The position numbers and the translations under genes are program-made. From Laetmonice hystrix (taxonomy: Eukaryota), in contig OZ249436.1 in the NCBI GenBank assembly GCA_965235115.1, positions 43,030,001 to 43,094,000 on the forward strand: 64,000 nucleotides of DNA, given 5' to 3'. The notes beneath the pieces were generated by a model. That model had not been told where the DNA came from, made no database searches, and worked only from the letters and a program-made list of their open reading frames with translations. Positions 37,046 through 52,306 of the stretch are shown here, piece after piece (the first letter of the stretch is position 1; each line of letters begins with the position of its first letter).

Positions 37046-39398
37046 CGGCGGTCCCAAACTGTGCATGCTCATGTACTCTTGAGACTACAAAAGCGACCTC
37101 TCGTGGAAGTTTGTCGGCAGTCCCTTCAGATCCTGACTTGACCCGTTTTGTAAGCCTTCTAAACCTCATCTTTCCCCTCCATAATTATTCAGGTCACGTA
37201 GTTTCTTTACCCTCACCTTTTTTTGCCCCACGTTTTGCTGATGGACCTCCCCTCTCCTTCCATAAAATTTGGCGGTCAGAACTAAGAAACTATAGCTAAT
37301 CCCTTAGCGGTAGCGGCTTAGCCTATATTAGGGCCTACCAATAAAGGGTGCGGTTTTTTTTTTTTTTTTTGAGGGGGTTGACGGGAACTTATTTCAGTTC
37401 ACTCGGAATGAGTGTAGGCCTACACTGCTATCCAAACAAACTCAGTGAATCGATTCGAAATTTTATTGTTTATACCACAATTCCATATAATAACAAATAA
37501 AACCTGGGATTCCACATAAAATGTATTTTTCATTGATTCAGATGTGATACCAGACTCCAAACAATTCAAATTACGAGTATTAGCGAATAATAACCATTGT
37601 CAACGATAATTTTCAATGTACATGAAAGAATATCTTAGTCAAGAAAACATGGTGTAAAGTTTCCTCAGTTAAACATTTTCGTTTTCATGTTTTCTCCTCC
37701 ATCATTTTTCTTTTGTTTATAAGACAGTACATCAGAGCACGTAGATTCTAGGCCCGTCGGAATCTAAAATATACCTTGGCTGCTTCATTTGTTCATGCTA
37801 TATTTCGTGTAAATATTACATTTTACAATGTTAAAGCAAATAGTTCGCAGTGTACCATTAATAACATGACAAAAATGAAAATTACGGGGATATTGTGTCA
37901 TAAAAAGTGACCATTTAGCACAGGGTTACTGGTGTCTAAGTGACGCCACAAATAGCGTGGGAAACATGAGTAGCTTAAGTAGGCACAATATCAGAGACGT
38001 GACGTAACATGCTGATCTGTATACGTGTACATAATGAGAAATCAATTCCAAAACGTCGTCATTTAACCGGGTCCTAGTCTGGTACAGAGACTTCTCTTAT
38101 CATTATTTAGGATCACATTATTATCTAAACCACGATAACGACCGCAACACCTTGGAAATAAAGAAAACAGCAATAAAATATATGGCCTTTTGTCGTTCTA
38201 ATTATAACGGGACCATCAGTTTTTGTTTTGGCATGTCATTGAGCGACACCTAGCGTTAACTATTGGAACTCACGTCGTCCACCTCCTGAGGATGTCAATA
38301 GATGGCGCCAACACGAGAGAACGCATACACACGGAAAGCCAGGAGCCTTCGATACGAGCAAAAGCTTACTTTCCAAATGGATTTTTTCCCGGTCAGACAG
38401 AACAAGACGCATGGCCTATAGAAATAATCAGCTCTCCTCGAAGCTTGTATTAAGCAGTTACATGCGATTTCTGAATTTCTTCCATAATATCTTACGAATT
38501 ACATGCAAACTGGCGATTGTTTGAAGGTCACAATGTTGGTGTTTCTGTAGTTAATGTCCTCAGATGACCAGTGATGTTCATAATAAGATGGCTGCAGGAT
38601 TTTACTAGATAAACGATGGGGTTGGACATTGTGTCAAATCCGAGCTTTCCCTGTCAACATGGATTGAACATCAATCTGGAATGCATCAGCAATTCCTTAT
38701 AAATAAAAAACTTCCTTCTTGAAACCAACGTCTCCATCTTATTTTCATTCCCTTAGGTTTTATATTTCCCATCTGTTTTATAAACGTTTTCCAACCGTTT
38801 TACAGACGTCATTTCAAAGTTCAGGAATTGCTAACTCCTCCTCCTACCTCGTACCACATGTGTATGAATTGGTTTGTTCTACTGGTAAACTGCACTCAGG
38901 GAACCGATTGGTTGGGGTGAGATGGTAACTCGGATACAACTAAGCCTCTAGTACAGGGAGGCGCCTTGCTGATACTCGACATATGGGCTATGATCATGAC
39001 ACAATAACAATAACTCCGCTACATCTCTGCTACTCCCCACATCCGGGGCTTCCACCCGTCTTGATAGTTTCACCACCAGGCCCCAGGTGGCAGCACAGGT
39101 ATGGTGTTCCTCTGAGTTTTTCCCTCCAGTTTGCTGAGGGTGCAAACCTCACCGGTGTGTAGATATACCATGTTTGTGAGCAATTTGCTGGATGGATAAC
39201 AAACTATGTTGTAGTAACAACCCCTCCTCATCCTGTTACAGAAACCTTTACAATGATCGGTACATTAACCTTTCTGTATATTTTTATCAGCCAGCCATTT
39301 TCCTTATCATAATTGGTACCGTATTTTTTCGTCTGTACATGTAGATAATTTTAATGAGACCATAAATTACACTGCACCGAGTCATTCTGCATCGCCAG

Positions 39399-39717
39399 CG
39401 GCCATGTGGGTTATCATAAACTATGAGAACGGCCATGTGGGGTTATCATAAACTATGAGAACGGCCATGTGGGGTTATCATAAACTATGAGAACGGCCAT
39501 GTGGGGTTATCATAAACTATGAGAACGGCCATGTGGGTTATCATAAACTATGAGAACGGCCATGTGGGGTTATCATAAACTATGAGAACGGCCATGTGGG
39601 GTTATCATAAACTATGAGAACGGCCATGTGGGGTTATCATAAACTATGAGAACGGCCATGTGGGGTTATCATAAACTATGAGAACGGCCATGTGGGGTTA
39701 TCATAAACTATGAGAAC
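39399..39717. repeat. 32-bp minisatellite GAGAACGGCCATGTGGGGTTATCATAAACTAT
   Basis: Seen directly, about 10 units. Confidence 0.95.
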
Positions 39718-42700
39718 AACAATTTGTCACTGTTACTCAGTCGATAAGAACCTGGAAGGACCGTTTAACCTTTGGGATAAAAAGCGATTATTTATATCTG
39801 ATAAACAAGTATTAGATGTTTCAACTATTGTTTCATATATACATCCCACTTGGTCACCTCATAGCTGCCTACATTTTGGTGCGTTGGAATATCCACTGCA
39901 TTCTATCGCAAAATGACCACCGCCTGGCAGCCTCAAAACATTGAACGATTTCATGAACCTCATGTTTGTGCAACATTTTAAAAATCATTTGGCATTTATC
40001 TCAGAAAACTGCGACATTATTACCAAGCCGAGTGAGCTTATTTTAAACTTGTAGCAAGAATGGTGGACACTGCACCATTCTTGTTTGTAGGTCTTGTGGG
40101 ATTACCTTATAATTATCTTTGATGGTGGAAGCAGAGTACAAATGTATAAATCCAGGGACCTCGCTAAAGCACTTTTGCGTGTCTCACTCGATACGCTTAA
40201 ATTGCCGACACACCTGTATTTTCGCCAACACGCTTTCAGTTTCAGCGACACTACTCAGAGCAAACAACACGCTACCAAAATTAGTCCTTAAAACAACATT
40301 TCTAATTTGAAATCAATTATCGTTATTTTTCGAGTTTTTGATGTACTGTGGCATTAACCATAGGAAAATGCAGGAAATTCATTGTCAGAGCATCTTTATC
40401 CTCCCGGCCATTAAATTTTGTGCACGCATCGTCTTATATCCATGGTAGCGTGCCAAAGATGAGAGCTTTTTTTCTACCCTAGGGAGATCCCTGTACATGA
40501 CATGAACTTTGAATGAACCAGCTTGTTTACGAGGTCAGTTGGCGAGCTCTATACCATCGACAATGTAAGAGTATTCCTATTTAATCCCTATTTTTGTGTC
40601 GGGGCATGGATGGGAAAGGAAAGAACTTGCCAATGTCCTGAGTGCGCTATTTCTAAGATATCACCCATAAAGAGGTTTGTCATGTGATCTGTCGCCTGCA
40701 TCCACCATTAGATCAGAGGAAGTAACTATATAAATATCTCCATCTTAACCTTTAATATAGAAAGAAATAGATGGAGAAAAAAAATGACATACGTACAAGG
40801 CAATTATAGATTCCAAAATTTTACATAATTTACACTTACGTATATGAATAGTTTAAAATAACGAAAGCAGTGGAAAAGTCCACATTTTATGACATATTAA
40901 GACAATAGGACTTCCTTCTCAGTGTTTTAAAATGTCACCTTCAAACCCTTTCATTTACTGTTCAGGTGCTGTAATATTTACCTTTTATAGGTTCCCTGCC
41001 GATTCTTACTGGATGTTCAGTTTGGCGATGTGTTCCAACGCAATCTGAATGCGTTCAGTTTTACTCAACCATACATCTTTAAAGCACATGAGCTGCATTT
41101 CAAATACTACCACCATTCATGGATGTTACAACTATATATCTTCACTAATCATTTAAAACGAGGCCATGCTAGTTGTTTGGCAGGCTTGTTCTGCCCGATA
41201 TAAAAAAAGGGAAGTTCTCTATGAAAATATCTTTTGCTGTATCAGTCGACACATTACATTGCCATTCTTTTTTTTATTGGCATTTGATACCACAAAATGT
41301 AATCAATGGACTGTGAATCGTTTAAAATCATTAAGGCTTTTTTTGAAGATTGACTGCATAGCTGACGTACTCAATGAGCATCGATTTTTGGTCTTTCTCA
41401 CTATTACCTGACACTGATTGCGGCAAACCATCTCTAACCTACACTCTGGACCGACTGCCTCACCAGGTCATAGCAAAGGTCACTTTCATTCGTTATCATT
41501 TTTTTACTGATCTTTTACAGTTAACATACTGCCCCCTAACTCAAGAGCAAATGATATGACAATCACCGGTTGTTTACACGCCAGTTTACGATTGACTTGA
41601 ATGTGGCAGAAATATAAAACAAATGAAGCACCACATCTCAGAGTTCACAGGCCAAACCTTCACAAAGAGTGCGAGTTACTTTACACAAAGATAAATCAAG
41701 GAATCCAAAAATACACCAGACCTCGGACACAGAGCCATCATGTTTACACTGACATAGTTCACTGATCTAAAAGCAACTCCAAGTGCAGGACAGCATACAA
41801 TGTGCCGTGGGCTGGTATTCTTCCTATCCTAAATTTCATCTTCTGTTTCTCTGAGGTTTGCAGACTTCTAGACCAAACATAAAATGCCACTATATTCATT
41901 AACATGAAACACACAGTTCAGATGTCATTTGTTTCTTATTATTTGCTCCTGGCTGTATTTTTCTCCCACATTTAAAGATAATCAAAGACCCGCACGGCAA
42001 AGTTGTGCACCTTTTTCTGGGTTGACAACTGATGCACACATTCTTGATCCAGTATGTATAGCACCATGATTTCTTACCTGTCCAGGATCAGGTCAGTAAC
42101 AGGACCTTGTTGAACCCAGACTCGCCATCGGTACGGGTGCCTCAGCACTGCCCTCTAGTGGCTGGCTAGCTGCCTAGGTCTGATAGAGTTCCTCTTTGGT
42201 TATTCACGATGGTCTTGAGGCATTGTTGTTGTTATCACAGTCAGTCGGTTCCTTGTACAGCATTCTGTCACCTTGCTGCCCAATCCACACGGTTATACGT
42301 ACAAGTGGTTGAAAATCCTAGCCACCAATCAAGGAAGCCAGGGCTGCTTGAGATGGTCTAAAAGGCAGGTGTGGAGACAATTTTCTAAAAAGGTTGGTAT
42401 TCATTCAAAGTCCCTTGCTAACGTTTACAGTTCCCAAGGGCAGTTGGCCTTCCGCTTCAAGTGTCCGTAGAATAATGAAGATGGAACTGTCTTTGTCTAT
42501 ACTTCGATGCTTTCAGTGATGATCTGTTTCTATAAAGACACGCGTCACTTCCTGATCAAGTTGTAGATTTTGTTCTCGGGGGCTTTCGATCACTGCCGCC
42601 AGCCTGAGCGGCTCGATGGGCTGTGTGGTGGCCACCTTGGCGACCAGCGCCAGCGTCAAGAGTCTCACACTTCCGTTAGGTGATGAATAAAATACAATGT

Positions 42701-45700
42701 GATGATGAGTTGTATGCCCCACTCGGTGCGATACCTGGACACTGACCTAGCAGCGCTCCCGTCATGTGAAAGCAGCACGAACAGCGTGCGTTCACACATC
42801 ATCTGATCAGGGTCTCCGATGAGCTACTCGGTCACAGTTTTTGTTTTGATCAGAACAAACACATGAGATGTTGTGTGGTGGTCTCCGTGGCCACGTCTCT
42901 GCAGGCAGGTAAAGTTTAACTAGTAAGAAATGCACCCGTATCTAGCCAGTTCAGATCAGTTCCTCGTCGGTTTGACTGCACTCAATCAAAGTCATCATAT
43001 ATACACATAATCTTACATACAAAAACTGGGTCAAAAATATACCTCTCTATGTCGACTTCAACAGTACGGTCACTTCATCTTTATATGGATGGTTTTCTCG
43101 GTCATAAATTGGTGTTAAAAACCACACCTCTATGTAGACAACCAACCCGGTCGATCTATCGCCCACCTCTCTGTTCTTTGAACCAATAACCGGTGTTTCA
43201 CCTCAGTAGACAGTGAATAATAAATACTTCATGGTAAGTTGACAGTGCTGCACTATCTGTACCTTATTGTGCTGTATGTACACAAGAGCAGGCTGTCCAC
43301 CATTATTTACTGCAGCCATTGACCATGGAATGGATGGAGCATAAAGATAGACAAGGTCACGACAATTGGAAGCTAGGAATCTTCCTGCACCACTACGAGT
43401 CGTGACATGCATCCATCTGTTGACGAGAACTGCTCGCACACAGCTGACCCCAGCCAGGAGATGGACAGCCAAGGAAGAATTTCTTGATGCTGTGGCACCC
43501 CTTGATTACAATAAAAGATGTTCAGCATGTGTTGGACTCGTGCCTACAGCAGTTGGTCTCCGAAGGGTTGCCTCCCATCTGGTTGAATATACAACTCTTG
43601 GCCACGACACACATTATTTAAGTTAATAGCAATCGTATATATATGTTCAATTGTATATCTAGCAGTGACTGCAAACACATTGAGAAAATGATGAAAATTT
43701 ATACCTAGACTACTTGAGATACGATATTTCTGCTCTCATCCAATACACATTACTCTGCCTTGGTTGCAATAGATTCACAATTGCTTTGTTTTCTGGTTGC
43801 TTGAACAAGTAAGTTCACTGCACGCACAGCCCATGCCATAATACACTGGCCTTCCACTAACTGTCTGCAAGGTTTGTATGGAGAGAGGTAATGTGACCAC
43901 AAAATGTCAGAGAAATTTAGAACAGCACAGCTGCTAAGATTGTACCCTATGAGGTTCCGTACAGCTTACTATAAATCCTGCTATATTGTTTGGCAGATAG
44001 CAGGTCTGAGAAAACTTGTATTGTACTTAGATTCCCCCTTAGATAGTAACCATACTTCTGTGTTAGACACAACCTTTTCAATAATCAACTTTTCCTGTAA
44101 TATAGCTAATCTACCATAATCTGACCTCAATGTCTGAGCTGTTCATGACAATGTTAGCTCCAGACCAAGGGACAAAGTTCTACTCCTACGGTGAGAACAA
44201 GTCCCACTCTAACATCAAATAAAAACTCCATAACTATTTCAGTTTGACAGTTAGGATATCTGGTCAAATTCTAGCTCTAACTCCTGCTTGAACAAAGAAA
44301 TCATTAAGCTGTGTGTCATTACGAACCAGTCGGATACGACTTACAGAGGCTGGGTTCTACTTTGTTGATAAATAACACCTAATTCTACAGCCATGACTCA
44401 CCAAAACAGGATACTCATCTCATTAGTCATCTCTACATTGATAAAAGGCTTGAAAAACTGCGATCATGGTGTCACGAGACTACCCAGACAACAGCTTATA
44501 GCATCGACTTCTTTAGTTTAGCTAACGCTATCTCTAATGGATTATCATTTATTTTTCAGTTAGGTTAAATCAATAAATGTATCCATCAAATTTTCTGTCA
44601 AAGATTGGTTCTTCACTTCAGTCAAGTCCACACCTCACTGGCCTCCATTTCTCTAAACATTACCATTCTCTTGTAATACTTGTAAGATTAACTTAATTTC
44701 TACCTTTCTACAGGACAAATACAACGAGTTGGAACCTGTTTTGGTGAATCAGAGCTTCCTAACTAATATAACATTGACTTCCCCCCACACTTTATGCGAG
44801 TCATAGATTATTTGATAAAGGGACAAATACACTTTGCATCTACAAACTGGGATAGTATACTGATTAATTCACCACACCTCAATAGATACGGTTCTGGTCT
44901 CTATGTTATAATAATTATCATGGTATAACAACCTTACGCCACTAATACAGTGACTGGTGTTTAAGCATTCTATATATCCGTGACACTGGCGAACAGTCAC
45001 GCTATACCCAGAAATTCCTGGGCACTTTATATGCTGGCATCACACCTCTTCTCTGACAAAAACTCTACTGTAAATGCTGTCGTTTAAATCTTTCTTCTTA
45101 TTACATTTGTATTTAACTTATAATTGCAGCACATCATTGACCTTTTTAGTCAGTAACTTATAATGTAATGTATTTTATGCTACATTTTTTCCACGTAATG
45201 AGAGCAAGACTTCTTTTGAACTTTATCCAATTTTTCCGGAATATTTTAACATCTGAATAAAAGGGATGGGCCGATATGAGTTGGTAAACAGTCGAAGGGT
45301 TTTAACATATCTGCAAAGACCTACTGTCATTAACACTTTGAGCAGCAATTTGTACCAAAGTTCATCCATGCTGGAATATTTTGGCACCACATTTCTGACA
45401 GGGTCTCTGCCCCTTGTTATAGACTAAGTATACTTTAACTTTCCATCAAATCCAAAAAAGAAATTATAATATTTCACAACTAAGATTATTTAGATATTCA
45501 GTTTCTTAAATGGCATACATTTATCAAGATTTCAGATTTTCCTGTTCGGTTTCGATGCTGGCACACGGTATAAAAATAGTTAATACTGGAATGCTCAATT
45601 GTTTTTAGCCCATCCCATACTGAATAATCATTGAATCACATCGAACAATATCAACCTGAAAAATAACAGAAACTTTAAACGATGAGATTTTACTAATTAC

Positions 45701-47278
45701 ACCAGAATAAATACCCACTACCAAAAGATAACATCAACATGATCTGTTAATAATTGTTCTTGCAACACAACTTACCCACTGACCGGCCGTTGTATCTAAC
45801 CAAACAACGTCCCCTGGTGGAATCTGTGGAACTATCCGACGAATTCAGGTCAACCTTCAGACCCCTCTTGATTTCATATCGAAGACTCTGCTGCACATGA
45901 CGATGGTCAAGTTGAAAATGTTATAACAATGATGATGCACCATGGTTAGATGATGGAATGGTTCTCATGCCCGATTGTTAACACATAACTCAGCATTTGA
46001 AGTCTTAGCTTGAATGTCATCGACAGGAAGAAAGTCTGTCAGCTCAATGTCTTGATGGAATAATAACTTTACAAGTCTGTCTCATTGATATTAAAACAAA
46101 TAATGAGCTGAGCTAGATAAATGAGGCGTCAAAAGTTCCACTGCGATCAGGCCACGTACAATCTGATATAGCTTCAGACTGTTCTAATATATACACACTA
46201 CCTCAGTCTATGGTACCGATGTTTCTTCTCCATACTAGGTCAATAAATAATACTACAAGAGCTCTGCTATCCTACATTGACAACCATTACTGGACTGTGG
46301 ACATTGTCTCCAGTTAATGGTTGGATGATAAAACCGTGGCGAAGCTGCCTTGATGTCATAATACGATACTTTGCAATAAGGATAACCAATAAATGAAGAC
46401 AAGGAGCCAAATCTTGTTGGCCATTACCTGTGATAGTTCGTTCATACTTCACGCAGACGTCACTGCCGCTGCACACGGCAGGATGACTCTCACTCGACCA
46501 GGGCTGGGTGGTACAACAGTCAAAACCCTGGACTCCAGCACCGTTCTGTTTCACTCACTCACAATAACCACTCACATTCACCCGTTAACACGCTCGTCGT
46601 CTGTCACATGACCGTCACCAGATCGACCCAGTAGGTGATCAATGATGCAGTTGTAACGGCCTCCAATCGAGAGGCTGGCTCAGCGATGTTTGCGACTGTT
46701 ATTTTTTAAATAAAAACTTTGTGCTTCCTGTCATGTGCCACTTGCAGTTTCTGGTTTTCCGTACGTTGTTGCAGAATCATAATACCGCTTGGCTATCACA
46801 GATCCAATTGGTCATGGTGGTCTTATTCTGATAACATTTTGACCATAATGCGCAGTTCTTGTAGAAACGTTTGCATGTAGTTTTCTTTTTGTGTTTTTTT
46901 TGTCAGCTCATATCATGACAATGTTAGAGGTGCCCAGCTCCAGGATGATTGAGGGAGTTCTGGTGGTTTCTGCTATATATATACAATGCCAGCACCATCT
47001 TGGTATAACGACATAGTTCTATCGTATCTTCAGGTTTTACATCAGCACCTCGCTCTTCACGTGTCAACTGGCCTGCAGTTGGCTGACTTAGTACATTCCT
47101 GAGGGTCTAGAGTTCATACAAATTATACAGTCATCAAACACTCTCAGATGACTCACCACTTTCTCATCTCAAGTCTATCGTCATACAAACTTTAACATTA
47201 AAAAAGACCCTCATAAAATACATCTTTCACCTTGTGGGTTTTCACCTGACTGATTGTTGATGAGAGCGGAGAGCGCCC

Positions 47279-50200
47279 CTACCAGGCCTGGTCGTCCAGC
47301 AGTATGTGTAGGTAGGCAGTCTCTGCGTCAGCATGGCGGTCCGTCACCGCCGGTGGTACGTCAGCTTCCTTCAATGGTTCCCAGTCACGTCCAAGGCTTT
47401 TGGACATCTGCAACACAACATCACGATGTTTTTAGCAAGTTAGAATCTCAGAGAAAATTCTCCTCTGGTAGCAGTATGGTGTATTATTGCTTCCCGGGAC
47501 TACTGAATAATCTAGTTGGGCTACTGGTGTCTACTGAGGGCTTCAAAAGTCCACGGGCTAGCAGCTAAATATAACGTTACAAGTGCTTACTCTCCTATAC
47601 TGTTATTTCCATGAAATACAAGTACTACAAAAACCTACCTCTGTGTTAAAGTCTGACCCGACCTGTCCGAAAGCAACCCAGACGTTGTTGTCATCATCAT
47701 CTTCTATGGTTGAGATACAGCAGTGAGGGATCGTTAATTCTCGCAGCTGAGACCCTCGGAGTCGAGCAATGGCAACAACGTCATCCTTACACATGTCATA
47801 CCCTGTAATAACAACACAATCTGCAACTCTATTCTTCAATCATCTGTGCCACGACTTTAAAAGTAAAAGAATTACTTTCTTTCCGTTGCACTGTAGATCG
47901 TACATTAACACATTTTCTAAAAATCACAAACTTTTTTTCCCTACCTATAAGGGTGAAGCTTCTTAGTTTGGGGCACTTCCACGCTAACATTACAAATGGG
48001 TCTTCATCTGTGTCAGCCTCGTAGGAATTGGTTCTGTAGCCTGCCATGCCGTCAATGACGTGGAGCGACTCAAATGTGCTGTAGTTGTGCTGTGATATGA
48101 AGTTGATGGCAGCGACGTTGATTCTCTGACAAAAGAACATCCTGAGATGACTCAATGGCAGCGCCGGCCTCAGAATGTCAAGGAGACCAGCAGCGCCATC
48201 TATGGAATGGATCATGTTTAAGGTGACCTTCACGTTGGGATTGTACGTCACTAGGTGTTGCCAGGTGGAGTTTGGGATTGTTGATCGGCCGGGTTCAATC
48301 CCGTGGACATGGATGATGAGTCGGTCCAACTGAGCCCGGTTGTTCTGAGCGAACTCGGCCAGCAGCTCAGACGTCAGGTAATCATAGTCGACCCCCAACA
48401 CTGATAGGTTACGAAACGCAGACAAGGCTGTCGGTGGCATGTCAATGACGCCATACATGTCAGGATCCTCCTTCACACTTGAGATGTGGAGAGCCTTCAG
48501 TCTGGCTGCCTGGTGGGCGACCAGCAGTGGAACAAGGCTACCACTGTAATCTGTCAGCTCTCCGATACATCCCAGAGACAGGTGTTGTAGACCCCGCGAT
48601 GTCTGGATGATTCCTTCAATAGCATCGATGAACCTGAAACAAAAAAATAACATGCATTCACCCTGTCATTATTTCACTGAAGTTTACCCCTTTGTACCAG
48701 CTTATAAATGTATACACAACCATCAGCTTCCACACGACACTTATTTCTGGCCAACAAGTCTGATGAGTAGCAGATCTGAGTCAAACAAGGGGCAGACCGT
48801 GTGTTTTAAAAAATGCACGCGAGTAAAAAAAACAGCTCGCTGATCAATATCAATTTCTTATGGGCTCGACCAGCTGTATTTTTTAATGGTATTTTCTAAT
48901 GGCCTGTTTCATGTCTGAGTGGGTTTTTTTTTCTACATGTACATCTGACACCAATATAAATACATGTATCATGCCATACATGTGACCTTTTGATAACCCT
49001 AAGTTCCAACACCTCCAGTGCAGAGAGGGTTTCCTGCAGGCTCTTTTTTTTTTGGGGGGGGAGACCCCCCCCCATTATTCAGCTACTCCCCACAAAAAAT
49101 TTCCAGGGGAAAAAAATTTGCATTACTCTCTCCCCCCAAACTCGCACCATTCCCCCCAAAAGTCGAAAATCTCCAGGAAACCCTGGCAGAGCTATGTCAG
49201 AGACAATGAGTACTAAATACCAGAGGTACAATGTTAGTGTACGTCCACACGTATACCATCAGTTGATGTGTCTATCTATCCTGTATATCAATACCACAGC
49301 AGACAGGTCTGTGCTCTAGGGCAGCGTATGACTGGCCTACAAGTACAACAATTAGGCAACATATTTTGCTGCTGGCAGACTAAGCGACAACATACCAATG
49401 ACCTATCACTGCTCAGTCATTGTGTACTCTCTGTGCCTCTAGCCTTTTTAATTATTCAAGACCACAGTGAGCCTGGGTCAAATAAGGACACACTAAATGA
49501 TGTTAACCTCGAACTATAGCTGAACTCATACTGAGAGTAAGGCTATTTATGCAGGCCTACAAAATCATGACTGACATGATATTATACTGCCATTATACCA
49601 GTCTATATTATTACGGTTCCAGCAGAACACTCAAATATGATAATTTGCATCCAAACATCACATTTCCAAGGTATTAAATATTGAAGTGAACTTAAAATTT
49701 ACACAATGTTCAATAACTGGCTCCTGACCACTAATTACTGACGCTGTATTTGCTGGATTCTCCTAAATTATTTATTACCAAACTCCAATTCAAAATCATG
49801 CATAGTTGGAGTCTATGTGAAATTCCTAAAAAAGAGCTCATAAAGTCTGATAATGCCGATACACCAACTACATTACACAAAACTTAAAGGCAAGGTCCAG
49901 CCTGCCCTTTCGTAGCATTTTATGAATCTTTCAGGAAAGTATGTAATAAATAGTCAATCTGATGCAAATGACAGAATGTCAATAGTGATACCAGAAAAAA
50001 TTATGTACTTTTTTATCATTTGTTTTCTGACCTTTCGTTTTATAGGCCTAATTTATAATGTTTAATAATATTTTAAATTGAAGCATCAACTTGATAAAGA
50101 CTAGGCCAGGGTTCAAACTTGAATATTATTCTCTCAAACATGAGAGGCGCCTCCAATCCACTGCCACACTCTGTCAGCATCATTCGGAAAACCTCGGCCC

Positions 50201-51817
50201 AACTTCCGGTCGCTTCGCTGTAGTTGTGCTCGGACACCCCTCGACGCATTGATATACATGGATTCCATGTATCGCCCCAGTGCGCAATGACACAAGACTG
50301 GCACAGGTAGTGAGATGCCGGCAAAAATTGAGTCCCTTATATATATAGTGGGTAGAGCCTCTATTAATGGTGTTAGTAAACTCATATAGACCAGATATCA
50401 TTATAAAGTTGTTGTTACGTTAACAACTTTGACCAAACATAGATTAATCGAATAAAATGACCCGGCAACTTCGCGACAGTTCTGCAGGGTCGCACGGGTG
50501 GCTCCCGGTGGGGACAGCTAGGGCGGCCCGGCGGTCCACGGGCTCCGAGTCGCCCTAGCTAGCTCATAATATGGAACCACTTGGAGTATGGATTTGCCGT
50601 ATTAATTTACCTTGATTTGACTGGATTCAACACAAGGGTGTTCAACAGAGTCAAGTCGTCAAAATGAATCGGCGTAAAATCAAAGAAGTCAAAGTTCAAA
50701 CCATCACAGAAAAACGGGTGTTACGATTCAACGGTGGCGTGTAACGGTTTGACAGGCTACCTTGATTCGATCCTCTTATCACACGGATCATACATGCTAA
50801 ATAAGGAATAGTCCACGTTTTCATGGCTTAATGTCATTGTCAAGAAAGGCTACAATCCGTGACAAATTCGGTTTCAGTTTTTTGCCAACTATTAACGAAG
50901 AAAGCCGTCTATTGACAGCACCACAGCCCAGACACTGGCCGTTGTTTACATGGGACGCTACGACAATAGTGCGCTGACCCCATCTGACCCAATATGGCGA
51001 CCTCCGATTGGTATCCGAGTCTCTCTACATCGTAAAGGGCTCGGTGTTCCGAATGTGTCAGCATGTGATGTGACGGTGGCGTTCCCAGTCGCCTACATGT
51101 ATTCGTAGTGACCAATGTCAAGGACGTTTGTGTTTTGCTTGTGGCCGCGTTCTACGCAGCACAGGCCACAGCGCCCAGCGTTCCAATGCCGTGGTCACAG
51201 CTGTCCACCTTTAGGGGCCTTTTTTCTGACACAACGTAAATACAATTAACCGAAAAATCGACGACCTTAACAATTGACGACTGTATGACACAAACTGCGC
51301 AGTAGAATGGCCCTGCTGCGGGCGGATATTTCATCGATTAACTGAGGTTGTGTCCCGCCTCCCTCGCAGCGCTCGTGTGTTTACAAACATCCCACCACCA
51401 CCACCACCGCCGCCGCCCCCATAATACTCACTCGTCAATGCTCTCCGTGCAGCGTCGCTCAGGCCACGCTATCTGACAACTATGTGGTCTTAACGCTAGC
51501 TTCTCTAGCTTCACATTGTCGCTGAGGATGTCTAAGATTCGCACGCTCTCTGTTACGTTACCCTCCAGTTTAGAGTTGAATTCCACAACTGCCTCCCGAA
51601 CAAATTTTCCGCACATATCTGCCAGGTGTTTGGTTCTCCTTCGTGCACCTTGTTTGACTTTGAAGGAGATGCTTCGCCACATTATGGGGTGAAAAAGACA
51701 GCTCCGCCATCTCTTGCATGTTGTGGAGCAGTTGAGCCTGTCTGTCAAGGACAGGTACGAAAGTATTTCGATAATAATTAAACTCGGTAGCGTAGCCCAA
51801 GAAGTATGTGCCGCCAT
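47279..51817 (-). CDS. FBXO33: F-box protein with LRR-like repeats, FBXO33-like, 455 aa, 4 exons
   Basis: Exons 51817-51432, 48633-47945, 47802-47639 and 47407-47279. Phases are consistent, 1368 nt. N-terminal F-box (WATLPSLIIIEILSYLSLTDRLNCSTTCKRW). DPFVMLAWKCPKL...GY...VAIARLRGSQL matches the FBXO33 C-terminal signature as I recall it. Confidence 0.85.
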
Positions 51818-52306
51818 CACTTCATCCCTTCTAGAGTTCTATTTTTAGATCGAGGTGAGACGAGAAAGGACGAGATTCTGACGTTTGTTGAGGCGGGAAA
51901 AATGAATGTCGTTCACTGACTGGCCACCAGGGTGGGTTCAGCGCCTCCTTTAAAAGTTTAATGTCGAAATGAATATGAAATGAATATACAACAGTTACAG
52001 TATAATCCTGTAATAGAATTGCACTTGACCCTTCAAGAATTGTCTAGCAGAAAGTTTAAGCAGCCCAGCCATGAAAAAAGACCCATGCCCTGATATATTC
52101 ATAGCGCCGCCTGTCGTTTTAGAGGAGAACGAGAAATTCATTCTGGAAGGGATACTATATTTAGATATCACGTGACTGGTGACGTCGAGGGGGAATCCCT
52201 CTCGTACCACCATCATACCGTTTTGGCCGGGATCTCTGTAAAACTGTTACAGCCTGGCTGTCAAAGTGGAGATGTGTAATTATTGCTTCAATCAGTAGCA
52301 ATCGAC
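51818..52306. promoter_or_regulatory. Putative bidirectional promoter for FBXO33 and TUBGCP4
   Basis: Divergent ATGs separated by 489 bp. E-box TCACGTGAC at 52168-52176 with a CRE-like TGACGTC next to it. Confidence 0.6.

Noticed and set aside
47279..47300. C-terminal Trp suggesting FBXL3/FBXL21 (cryptochrome-binding tail)
   Set aside because: The internal motifs DPFVMLAWKC and AIARLRGS fit FBXO33 better, and a terminal Trp alone is not enough.
49884..51270. TTAA-AGGCAAGG as a possible Kolobok left end in FBXO33 intron 1
   Set aside because: I could not find a convincing matching right TIR or TSD.
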